Source of the DNA: an uncultured Candidatus Bathyarchaeia archaeon
GTDB taxonomy: Archaea; Thermoproteota; Bathyarchaeia; Bathyarchaeales; DTEX01
Length of the DNA: 64,000 nt
Direction: 5' to 3'
Assembly (NCBI GenBank): GCA_964512445.1
Contig: CAZEGS010000001.1
Span: 4,673 to 68,672, forward strand
The translations under genes and the position numbers were made by a program. The notes beneath the pieces were generated by a model, which made no database searches, was not told the DNA's origin, and saw nothing but the letters and a program-made list of their open reading frames with translations. Each line of letters begins with the position of its first letter. Position 1 is the stretch's first letter. Positions 44,615 through 52,934 of the stretch are shown here, in pieces.

Positions 44615-45601
44615 CTAGATTCTGAAGTGTTCCCAGCCTCTACGCTCTATACCTCTTATTTCTCCATCCAATTTCAATACTATCTTTTTTTCTTTGGTGG
44701 TAACTCCGATTTTTATGAGTGAACCTCCGGATTTCTCAACTGACCTCTTCGATTCTTCCCAGAAGTCAGGATCAATTGTTACGATAAGCTCGTATTCTTC
44801 TCCTCCGTATAAGCTTAGCTCGTAAGGATCTAGGCCATATATGCTTGAAAACTCCACAGCTTCCTTAGCTACGGGAAGATTATCAATTATGAAGCCGACG
44901 TTACTTGCATCTAAAAGCTCATAAAGGCTCCAAGCTAACCCATCACTCGAATCTATTGATGATGTAAGTCCGCCGGTTTTTGAGAGGGCGACTCCTTCCT
45001 TTAGCCTCGCCTTCGGCATCAACACCGCTTCTTTCAACGGGTTTCCAATCTTATCGGGAACAGTAAGCCCTTCAATCAAAATCTTAAGGCCAGCAGCGGT
45101 CTTACCGAACTCTCCAGTTACCGCCACAATATCTCCCGGCTTAGCACCAAATCGATTGACTAGGTTCTCTTTATCGCTGAATCCTAGAAGTGAACAGCTA
45201 ATTATTAGATCTGACGCTTCGTTTGTGTCTCCACCGATAACGTAAGCGCCGTATTCTCTGGCTCCTTCATTTAAGCCCTCTCCGATTTCTCTAATTTCCT
45301 CCTCCTTTAGTCCTTTTGGCAATCCTAAAGAGACGAGTACAGCTACGGGTTCAACCCCTTTAGAAGCAAAGTCGCTTACATTCATAACGACCGCTTTTCG
45401 GGCTGCTTGTCTCAGACTCATGCCTGGAGGCACATCAGTTCTCCCAACTAACATATCAGTCTTTAAAACGGCTAGAAGGTTCCTTTCTATTCTGATAGCA
45501 GAGACGTCGTCACCGAAGGGAATAGGGGTTTCCGGAATCTCCATACGGCTTGTTAGGATGCGGATAACCTCTTTCTCTCCCAGGCTTTCAATAGGTCTCA
45601 T
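44615..45601 (-). CDS. thiL: thiamine-monophosphate kinase
   Basis: PurM-like/AIR-synthase-related fold. FGDDVSAI, MNVSDFASKG, GGDTN. Confidence 0.85.
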   Translation of the reverse strand: MRPIESLGEKEVIRILTSRMEIPETPIPFGDDVSAIRIERNLLAVLKTDMLVGRTDVPPGMSLRQAARKAVVMNVSDFASKGVEPVAVLVSLGLPKGLKEEEIREIGEGLNEGAREYGAYVIGGDTNEASDLIISCSLLGFSDKENLVNRFGAKPGDIVAVTGEFGKTAAGLKILIEGLTVPDKIGNPLKEAVLMPKARLKEGVALSKTGGLTSSIDSSDGLAWSLYELLDASNVGFIIDNLPVAKEAVEFSSIYGLDPYELSLYGGEEYELIVTIDPDFWEESKRSVEKSGGSLIKIGVTTKEKKIVLKLDGEIRGIERRGWEHFRI

Positions 45602-45722
45602 AACAAAGTCTCCCTTTGGATTAGGCTATTATTCAAAGAATTATATGAATCCCCGGATTCTTAAGAAGATTCATTTAGATTGAGAAAAAAGAACTGTTAA
45701 ATATCCCATGAGGATTAAACGA

Positions 45723-45731
45723 TTTAATAAA
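45723..45731 (+). promoter_or_regulatory. TATA box for tRNA-Thr
   Basis: TTTAATAAA lies 19-27 nt upstream of the mature tRNA 5' end. Confidence 0.55.
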
Positions 45732-45749
45732 AAAGGGGTTTCTTGCGGA

Positions 45750-45838
45750 GCCCCGGTGGCTTAGCGGTTAGAGCAACGGCCTCGTATATGGAAAGAGAGA
45801 GCCGTGGGTCGCGGGTTCAAATCCCGCCCGGGGCTCCA
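45750..45838 (+). tRNA. tRNA-Thr (anticodon CGU) with 13-nt intron at canonical 37/38 position; CCA encoded
   Basis: Hand-folded. Acceptor GCCCCGG/CCGGGGC, D stem GCTT/GAGC, anticodon stem ACGGC/GCCGT, loop CTCGTA-[TATGGAAAGAGAG]-A, T arm GCGGG-TTCAAAT-CCCGC, discriminator T, CCA. Confidence 0.9.
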
Positions 45839-45869
45839 AACATACATAATGCAGGGAGGAAAATCATAA

Positions 45870-46037
45870 ATGGACAGGTATAGATGCACCATATGCGGGT
45901 ACATATACGATCCGGAGAAGGGAGACCCAGAATCCGGAATAGAGCCAGGCACTCCATTTGAAGAATTGCCGGATGACTGGACATGTCCGATATGCGGCGC
46001 AACTAAAGATCAATTTGAAAGAGAAGAAGAATCATAG
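45870..46037 (+). CDS. rub: rubredoxin (55 aa; below ORF-track length cutoff)
   Basis: My translation is [55 protein letters not shown]. It has both CxxCG knuckles and GGGAGGA upstream. The two track ORFs on the opposite strand here are spurious. Confidence 0.92.
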   Translation: MDRYRCTICGYIYDPEKGDPESGIEPGTPFEELPDDWTCPICGATKDQFEREEES

Positions 46038-46064
46038 GGTATGTTAGAGAAGAGGTAAACACGC

Positions 46065-46250
46065 ATGTATGAGGTATCTGATGTCAATTGGAATCAAGAG
46101 ATTCTTAGAATCGGAGAGGCTTACCCTAGTTGATTTTTGGCATGAGCATTGTCCCTGGTGTTTAAGGCTCACCCTATAATAGAAGAGCTCACCGCAGAAT
46201 ACAATGGCAAGGTTAAATTTGTGAAGCTAAATGTTCTGGAGAGCTCGGCA
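46065..46250 (+). pseudogene. thioredoxin remnant with at least two frameshifts and 3' truncation
   Basis: Frame a reads MYEVSDVNWNQEIL.... Frame b reads ESERLTLVDFWHEHCPWCLRL. Frame c reads PIIEELTAEYNGKVKFVKLNV. Stops interrupt each frame. Confidence 0.8.
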
Positions 46251-46429
46251 TACGTTACGTGCATATGGAAGCTGGCCATGTTGGACAAAATTTATATCTC
46301 CAAGCTGTTGCTCGAGGGCTAGGCATGGTTGTTGTCGGCGCATTCTACGATGACCAAGTTCAGAAGATTCTTCGATTACCAGCGGATCATAAACCTCTCT
46401 ATCTTATTCCCGTAGGCCGTCCAAAGTAA
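46250..46429 (+). pseudogene. nitroreductase-family C-terminal fragment (about 59 codons)
   Basis: YVHMEAGHVGQNLYLQAVARGLGMVVVGAFYDDQVQKILRLPADHKPLYLIPVGRPK-stop is a typical nitroreductase C-terminus. No N-terminal two-thirds is present. Confidence 0.75.
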
Positions 46430-46575
46430 CAGTGCCCCCATACTTTCATCAAAGACCTGTCAGATTTCTAATAGTCCAGAAAAACATCAATTACATCGAA
46501 GAAATAGTATAAATAGATCAAAACTCTTTCCGCGACTTCTAAGATAGGGAGAAAAAGAAGACTCGAATCGCATCA

Positions 46576-48459
46576 CTAATATAAGTCCTTAATAAGGTCA
46601 TCCAAACCGAGTTTTCGTAATGTTTCAGGTAAAGGCTTTCCGGTTTCCTCATCCCAACCCATAAGCCTTCGGTAATTACGCACCATGAAGTCCCAATGTT
46701 TCATAATGCTAATGCCCTTGTTGGGACCATCGATAGGTGTTGAACCATATCTAGGAGACGGGACTTCCAAAGATGGATCCATGCCATGTCTTAAGTTAAA
46801 AACACGTAAAACATTAACCACTCTTCGACCTACCTGCATTGCCTCTTGTATCGTGAAATCCCATCCGGTTGCAGCGTTAAGAATAGGAACGATCTGCTTC
46901 CAATGCACATTAAACCTGCAGATCCCCAGACAATCTATAAATTGATCCCATCCGCATCCTTTACCGATGTGGGCAGAGACTTGTTCAGGTGAGAAGAGAT
47001 CAGTAATCTTAGGAGGAGACTTAGGGTCAATTATCTCAGGAGGCAGAGAGACTCTTGTTCCAGATACTGTTTGACAGGTGCTCGTATCAGAAACGCAGGT
47101 ATCCAAGAGTTCAACCCATCTATTCTGTCCTCTATGATCATGTCCTCTAGGCGCAGCTCCTTTCATCGTGTAAACAGCCATCTTAGAAGCTTCCGGACCT
47201 GTTTGCTCCGATGCCCTTTTAACCCCCTCAGCAAATCTGTTACCGCACCCCTCACGATACGCGATCTTTCTTAACATATGCTTCACAGCCTCCACATTCC
47301 CCCAGATCATCTCTAAGCCGTCAAGATCGGATTTCGTTAGTATGCCTTTTTCATAGCATTCCATTATCCATCCAATCAGCCATCCAGTTTCATTAGCGTC
47401 TATTCCTAAACGATCCACGAGATCCCCCAGCATCGTTACGGCTCCAGGATCGTTTATTCCGATTTGAGTGCCTAATCCAGAGACTATTTCATAATCGGGA
47501 ATTTCACCCTCAAAGCCCTTATATGGGCCCTCCGTGACTTTTACATGCACAACGTGTCGTATACGACAAGCCCAGCAAGGTTTAGGTCGAATTTCAAAAT
47601 GGCTCCGCATGTACTGTCCAGTTAGCCTCTCATAATCAGATGGAGCAATAACGTTTGTAGTATAATTTTTAATAGGCAGCCAACCTGCCTTAGCTCCCGA
47701 TTCTACGATGCCTGCGGTTCCCCACTTGTCAAGGAATCCTCCAAATTCCTTCATCCTGGTCTGATACATCTCCTCAGCAAGCCTATTACAAGCCTTCTCG
47801 TCCTTTAAAGGAACCTTTTTGCTGCCCCTCGCAGCAGCTATCGCTTTAAGATTCTTTGATCCCATGACGGCCCCTAGACCATTATGCGAAACTGAATGAC
47901 CTCGGTCACCAACTATACATGCAAATCTTACCAGTTTTTCACCCGCAGGACCTATGCTGTAAATACTCACGCCGCCTTTTCGATAGCCCAATTCTTTTCT
48001 AATCGCTTCTTCTGTCTCAAACGTATCTTTCATCGAGTATTCCTCTGCATCCTTTATCTCCGCTCCTCCGTCATAGATGTGAAGGTATACAAGATTGTCG
48101 GCTTTTCCCTGAATGATTAGTCCATCATAACCGCAAAACTTCAGATAAGCGCCAAAAAATCCATTGGCTTGACTAGAACCAGCAAGGTTGGTCATCGGGC
48201 CTTTAGATACAACACAAAAAGTGCCTGATCCGCCGACTCTTGTCCCTGCTAAAGGCCCGGTTGCTATTATAAGACGGTTCTCCGGATCATTCCACTTCAC
48301 ACCGGGAGGTACTTCATCATACAAGATTTTAGCGCCGAAACCAACTCCGCCAACAAACTTCCTTAAAAATTCCTCCTTTAATTCTTCATCCTTTAAGGTT
48401 CCTTCAGTCAAGTCCACTCTTAATAAATGCCCCATATATCCGCCAGTAGATATTTTCAA
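46576..48459 (-). CDS. aor: aldehyde:ferredoxin oxidoreductase family tungstoenzyme (second paralog)
   Basis: 627 aa. GYMGHLLRVDLTEG...GGVGFGAKILYDE, plus AOR-family domain 2/3 motifs. Confidence 0.92.
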   Translation of the reverse strand: MKISTGGYMGHLLRVDLTEGTLKDEELKEEFLRKFVGGVGFGAKILYDEVPPGVKWNDPENRLIIATGPLAGTRVGGSGTFCVVSKGPMTNLAGSSQANGFFGAYLKFCGYDGLIIQGKADNLVYLHIYDGGAEIKDAEEYSMKDTFETEEAIRKELGYRKGGVSIYSIGPAGEKLVRFACIVGDRGHSVSHNGLGAVMGSKNLKAIAAARGSKKVPLKDEKACNRLAEEMYQTRMKEFGGFLDKWGTAGIVESGAKAGWLPIKNYTTNVIAPSDYERLTGQYMRSHFEIRPKPCWACRIRHVVHVKVTEGPYKGFEGEIPDYEIVSGLGTQIGINDPGAVTMLGDLVDRLGIDANETGWLIGWIMECYEKGILTKSDLDGLEMIWGNVEAVKHMLRKIAYREGCGNRFAEGVKRASEQTGPEASKMAVYTMKGAAPRGHDHRGQNRWVELLDTCVSDTSTCQTVSGTRVSLPPEIIDPKSPPKITDLFSPEQVSAHIGKGCGWDQFIDCLGICRFNVHWKQIVPILNAATGWDFTIQEAMQVGRRVVNVLRVFNLRHGMDPSLEVPSPRYGSTPIDGPNKGISIMKHWDFMVRNYRRLMGWDEETGKPLPETLRKLGLDDLIKDLY

Positions 48460-48526
48460 CAGTGATCCCTGAATTTTTATTTTTCCTAAAAGGTTTTTAA
48501 AAATTGGGAAGGAAGAGCGAGTTTAT

Positions 48527-48790
48527 GTGAAGATCATCATTAGATATTATGGGTTAATAAGGGAAAAGATAGGTGTGAAAGAAGAGAAGATAGATGTCGA
48601 AGGCGATTCGACTCTTCAGGATATTACTGATTTTCTTACTCGAAGATGGAAACATCACCTGGAGGAACTAATCAAGAATAACCCTGCAATCTTTTTGAAT
48701 GGAAGAAGCATCTTCTTGTTGAATAGCTTAAAATCGAGGGTTACTGAAGGATCAGTGATTGAAGTAATCCCTTTATACATGGGCGGTTGA
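48527..48790 (+). CDS. MoaD/ThiS-family ubiquitin-like beta-grasp protein ending in Gly-Gly
   Basis: 87 aa. ...FLNGRSI...VTEGSVIEVIPLYMGG-stop. Divergent from the second aor (67-nt spacer). GTG start. Confidence 0.75.
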   Translation: MKIIIRYYGLIREKIGVKEEKIDVEGDSTLQDITDFLTRRWKHHLEELIKNNPAIFLNGRSIFLLNSLKSRVTEGSVIEVIPLYMGG

Positions 48791-48885
48791 CTAAACGTTT
48801 CTTGAAGAGTCTCTTCGCCCCTATCTTTTTACAAGATTCAAGATATCTTTTTTAAGTCTTCTCTCTAACCTAATTACGAATCAAA

Positions 48886-49881
48886 ATGGCTGTCGTTTCA
48901 ATTGTTAAAGAAAAGAGAGCTTTTGATCTTGTTAAAGAGGCCTTAGACCTTATCGGTCTGAACGAGCGGCTGAACTCTAACTCTAAAGTCTTCATAAAGC
49001 CGAATCTCGTAAGGGTTCCTCCAATACTTCCATACAAAGAGGAAAGAGGCGCCTATGAAACCACAGTTCTCGAGGGTGATATTGTTCATCCAGATATCGT
49101 AGAAGGTGTACTTAGATATCTCCATGGAAAGAGTGTACGAAAAATCGTTATAGGCGAAGCTGCAGGAGGCTGTGAGACCTCTCTGCCTTTTGGAGCCTAT
49201 GGTTTTTATGCGATGGCTGATAAGTATAATGTGAAACTTATAGACCTGAACTATTCAGAGACTGTTAAAATACCAGTTAAAGATCGATTTCTACTAGATT
49301 ACGTTATGGTTCCCAAAGTGATACTTGAGGCTGATCTGATCATAAATGTCGCTATCATGAAGGTTACGGGATCCACAGTTGTATCTTTATGTCTAAAAAA
49401 TTGGGGCTTAGGGATCCTGCCTGGTAAGTATTATGGATGGAATAAGACGGGGATTCATGTAAAGGGCTGCGGCGATCCACTTCCCATACATCAGCTTGGA
49501 ACAGGAGAGCAGATTTTAGGCCAAGAAGTATCTGTCTCACAGGCTATAGTAGATGTGGCTGCCGCCAAGGGGTGGCAGATAAGTCTTATAGATGGGCTTA
49601 CAAGCCTATATTATAAGGGATTCTCTAGCAGGGATCAAAAAAGAATAATCCTTGAGAGAACTAATATGGTGATTGCTAGCGATGATATGGTCGCTGCTGA
49701 TGCTGTGGCTTCTATGGCTATGAGTCTTGATCCAAGCAAGATTTTACATATTAAGTGGGCTGAGGAAAGAGGTTTAGGCACCTGCACCCTTTCAAAGATG
49801 AAGCTGAAAGGAGCAGGCATTGAGGAGATAAAGATTAGAGGGTACCCTAATCTCAGACATAAAGAGATAATGATTGATTAG
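48886..49881 (+). CDS. DUF362 domain protein
   Basis: VFIKPNLVRVPP and AIMKVTGSTVVSLCLKNWG match the DUF362 pattern. Paralog of 10278-11513 without the C-terminal extension. Confidence 0.7.
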   Translation: MAVVSIVKEKRAFDLVKEALDLIGLNERLNSNSKVFIKPNLVRVPPILPYKEERGAYETTVLEGDIVHPDIVEGVLRYLHGKSVRKIVIGEAAGGCETSLPFGAYGFYAMADKYNVKLIDLNYSETVKIPVKDRFLLDYVMVPKVILEADLIINVAIMKVTGSTVVSLCLKNWGLGILPGKYYGWNKTGIHVKGCGDPLPIHQLGTGEQILGQEVSVSQAIVDVAAAKGWQISLIDGLTSLYYKGFSSRDQKRIILERTNMVIASDDMVAADAVASMAMSLDPSKILHIKWAEERGLGTCTLSKMKLKGAGIEEIKIRGYPNLRHKEIMID

Positions 49882-49978
49882 GCTCTATGCAAATCCGCTA
49901 AAAAGGGTGTTTAGTAAAACTTGACCTTTAAGACCCAAAAGTATTAAGTCTCTATTACTCAAGATATGGAAGATCGAG

Positions 49979-50917
49979 ATGTTTGCTGCGAGAATTCTAA
50001 TCTGTGACCCCATCGATCCTGAAGGCATTGAAAAGCTGAAAAAAGCTGGTTTTAGCGTTGACTCCGAATCTTCAATCACTGAGGAATCTCTCAAAAAGAA
50101 AGTCCACAAATACGATGTTCTGATAGTTCGAAGCAGAACGAAGATCACACGTGAAATCATTGAACATGGAAAACGTTTAAAGCTGGTAGCTCGAGCGGGA
50201 TCCGGACTTGATAACATAGATCTGAAAGCGGCTGAAGAGAGAGGAATAGCAATTCTGAATGCTCCAGAGGCTTCTGCAGATTCAGTTGCTGAACTAACTA
50301 TAGGGTTGATTATTGCTTTAGCTCGCAAAATAGTTCAAGCAGATTGCCTGATGAAGCAGGGAAGATGGCTAAAAAAGGAACTGAAAGGAATACTGCTAAG
50401 AGGGAAAAAACTAGGCCTGATTGGATTGGGAAATATCGGCTTAAGAGTTGCAAAGATCGCAAAGGCGATGGGAATGAAGATTCTCGTGACGAAGCGGAAT
50501 CCGCCATCTCCAGAGCTGTTGAGAAGTCTTGAAGCCGAGTTTCTTTCATTAGATGATCTACTACGAAAAAGCGACATAGTTTCAATTCACGTTCCACTTA
50601 CCGAAGAAACTAGGTATATGATAGGCGCTGAGGAAATCAGCAAGATGAAAGATGGATCTTTTCTGATTAACACTTCAAGAGGAGGCATCGTTGACGAGGA
50701 AGCGTTACTAAACGCATTAAAATCGGGGAAGCTCAGCGGCGCGGCTCTTGACGTATACGAGGTTGAACCTCCCAACCGCTGGGAGCTCATCAATCTTCCA
50801 AACGTCATATGCACTCCTCATATTGGTGCTCAGACAATCGAGGCTCAAAAAATGGTCTCTACAAGGATTGTCGATAAGATAATACGGTTCTTTGAACAAA
50901 TGCAATCTGCTTCCTAA
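49979..50917 (+). CDS. D-isomer-specific 2-hydroxyacid dehydrogenase (phosphoglycerate dehydrogenase-like)
   Basis: NAD-binding motif GLIGLGNIG, RGGIVDEEAL, and catalytic His in TPHIGAQT. 312 aa, with no ACT domain. Confidence 0.85.
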   Translation: MFAARILICDPIDPEGIEKLKKAGFSVDSESSITEESLKKKVHKYDVLIVRSRTKITREIIEHGKRLKLVARAGSGLDNIDLKAAEERGIAILNAPEASADSVAELTIGLIIALARKIVQADCLMKQGRWLKKELKGILLRGKKLGLIGLGNIGLRVAKIAKAMGMKILVTKRNPPSPELLRSLEAEFLSLDDLLRKSDIVSIHVPLTEETRYMIGAEEISKMKDGSFLINTSRGGIVDEEALLNALKSGKLSGAALDVYEVEPPNRWELINLPNVICTPHIGAQTIEAQKMVSTRIVDKIIRFFEQMQSAS

Positions 50918-50976
50918 ATATTATTTTTTAAAGGTCTTAGTGGAAAGACGAAGATGTCTGAAAGGATGGGCTCTTA

Positions 50977-52233
50977 GTGGTTGAAGTCTGGCTTCCATAC
51001 GGCGAAACCGAGGTTTGCGTCAGGATTCCAACAGCTAACTTGCTTGATATAGTGGAACCTAAAAAGATGGACGGAAAAAATCCTCAAGTCGAGATCAAAA
51101 ATGCATTGCAAAATCCTGTAGGAACTAAACGGTTAGCCGAGATCGTGAAGCCGGAAGCAAAAGTAACTATTGTTCTAAAAGATTCAGGCGTCTCAGCGAA
51201 TCAAATGTTGATCTCAGCGTTGATGGAAGAAATCGGTTCAGCTGGCGTGAATGAGAACGATGTAACAATTATCTTTGCGTATGACCCGATCAGAGATTCT
51301 CATCTCTATCAAAAATCTCCGATGCTTGGGGAAGAATTGTCGGCAAGATTAAGAGTGGTGAGGCATAGCTGTGAGGCTGACTGGCAAGTAAGCGTTGGGA
51401 AAACTTCAAATGGAATTGAGATATGCCTTAATAAGCTCTTCGTGGAGGCTGATGTGAAGATTTTAGCCGGACCTGTTGAGCCGCATCCTATTGCTGGCTA
51501 TGGTGGTGGATATGAAATTGTTCTTCCAGGAGTTGCAGGTCTAGATTCTATTCGAGAAGTATTTCGGCTAGGAATTGATGGGAAGGCCGTGAAGGGAAAT
51601 CTTGAAGGAAACCCTGTTCATGACGAGATGGTTGAGGCTGCGGATCTTGCAAAAGTCGATTTCACCCTTAATATTGTGAGAGACAGCAATCTGGAAATTG
51701 TAAAGGCATTCGCAGGCAACGTTAATGAGACATTTGAAAAATCAGTTAGACTCGCAGAGGAGATTTATAGAATCCCTGTGGAAAATCGGGCTGACATAGT
51801 CTTTGTAAGCCCAGGCGGCTTTTACTTCGATAATTCTCTTCAAGAAGCCACCGTCTGTTTAGATGGCGCTTTAGAGATGGTCAAGAGAGGAAAGGCCATC
51901 GCCTTAATTGCTGAATGCGCCTCCGGATTTGGAGATAAAGAATTTTTTGAGGTCTTATCTAAGTTTAGAAATCTAAGAGAGCTAAGGAGACATTTGGAAA
52001 AGAAGTTCACCGTACCAGGGCTTATGGCTTATCGATTAATTAAGGTTCTTCAACAAGTCAATCTTGTAGTGGTTTCTGTAATGCCTGAATATTATCTTTC
52101 ACGTATTCTCAAGTTGAAAATCGCGAGGACTGCTAATGAAGCTTATCGTCTTCTTGCAGATACCTTCGGAAACCGGGGAAAAATCTCTTTTATTCCTTAT
52201 GGAAATTTGACTGTTCCTTTCATAAAGACCTAA
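50977..52233 (+). CDS. LarA-fold (DUF2088) protein, probably not a canonical NPN-dependent racemase
   Basis: N-terminal VWLPYGETEVCVRIPTANL and the central EPHPIAGYGGG segment resemble lactate racemase LarA. The positions I align to LarA His108, Lys184 and His200 read Ser, Glu and Phe. Confidence 0.65.
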   Translation: MVEVWLPYGETEVCVRIPTANLLDIVEPKKMDGKNPQVEIKNALQNPVGTKRLAEIVKPEAKVTIVLKDSGVSANQMLISALMEEIGSAGVNENDVTIIFAYDPIRDSHLYQKSPMLGEELSARLRVVRHSCEADWQVSVGKTSNGIEICLNKLFVEADVKILAGPVEPHPIAGYGGGYEIVLPGVAGLDSIREVFRLGIDGKAVKGNLEGNPVHDEMVEAADLAKVDFTLNIVRDSNLEIVKAFAGNVNETFEKSVRLAEEIYRIPVENRADIVFVSPGGFYFDNSLQEATVCLDGALEMVKRGKAIALIAECASGFGDKEFFEVLSKFRNLRELRRHLEKKFTVPGLMAYRLIKVLQQVNLVVVSVMPEYYLSRILKLKIARTANEAYRLLADTFGNRGKISFIPYGNLTVPFIKT

Positions 52234-52321
52234 AAGGTGACTTTTCGAGAAAGAGATAAATTTCTCAATACGCTTTCTAAGAAAAGACGAAATTTCCAGC
52301 AAGAAAAAAGGGGTTTAGAAC

Positions 52322-52813
52322 GTGGATCCCTCCTATAATCTCAGAAGGTTCGAGCCGAAGGATCTTTACCAGGTGATGGATATAAACCGAAAATGTCTTC
52401 CAGAAAACTACTCAGAGAGTTTTTTTATGAATCTTCATAAGAATTTCCCAGAGACTTTTATTGTTGCGGAGAAAGACGGAGTGATAGTAGGCTATATAAT
52501 GTGTAGGATAGAAAGTGGACTTTCAGGTTTAGGTTTCACGCCGCTGAGTCTTTCAAAGAAGGGACATATCATCTCGATTGCTGTTCTTCCTGAGCATCGT
52601 AGGAAGGGTCTTGGAGAAGCATTAATAAAGAAAGCATTAGAGATGATGACGAAAGTTTACAATGCGAAGAGCTGTTATCTTGAGGTTCGTGTAAGTAACG
52701 AGCCTGCGATAAATCTGTATAAAAAGGCTGGTTTTGAGGTTCAGAGGATCATCAGAGGATATTATGCTGATGGAGAAAACGCCTATATAATGAGCAAAAG
52801 AATACAGGACTGA
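52322..52813 (+). CDS. GNAT N-acetyltransferase (RimI / archaeal Ard1-like)
   Basis: Acetyl-CoA motif HRRKGLGEALIKKA. 163 aa. GTG start. Confidence 0.8.
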   Translation: MDPSYNLRRFEPKDLYQVMDINRKCLPENYSESFFMNLHKNFPETFIVAEKDGVIVGYIMCRIESGLSGLGFTPLSLSKKGHIISIAVLPEHRRKGLGEALIKKALEMMTKVYNAKSCYLEVRVSNEPAINLYKKAGFEVQRIIRGYYADGENAYIMSKRIQD

Positions 52814-52934
52814 GAAGGGATCTAGGATTTATAAAGTAAACTTTAATTTTTATTCTAATAGATTCTTTTTCAGAAAAATGTTATTTTGTTGAGTCCATGT
52901 ATGATTTTTAAAAATGTGCGTAAGGGATTTTAGG

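Noticed and set aside
45761-46002. Two minus-strand track ORFs (63 and 61 aa).
   Set aside because: They lie antisense to the tRNA-Thr gene and the rubredoxin gene, both of which have far stronger support.
49885-50328. Track ORF of 147 aa on the minus strand, together with many other antisense track ORFs (for example 1484-1768, 9105-9428, 10850-11248, 20507-21262, 34719-35039, 50310-50905).
   Set aside because: All lie fully inside, and antisense to, long genes with clear family motifs. Such shadow ORFs are common where the sense-strand codon usage leaves few stops in the antisense frames.
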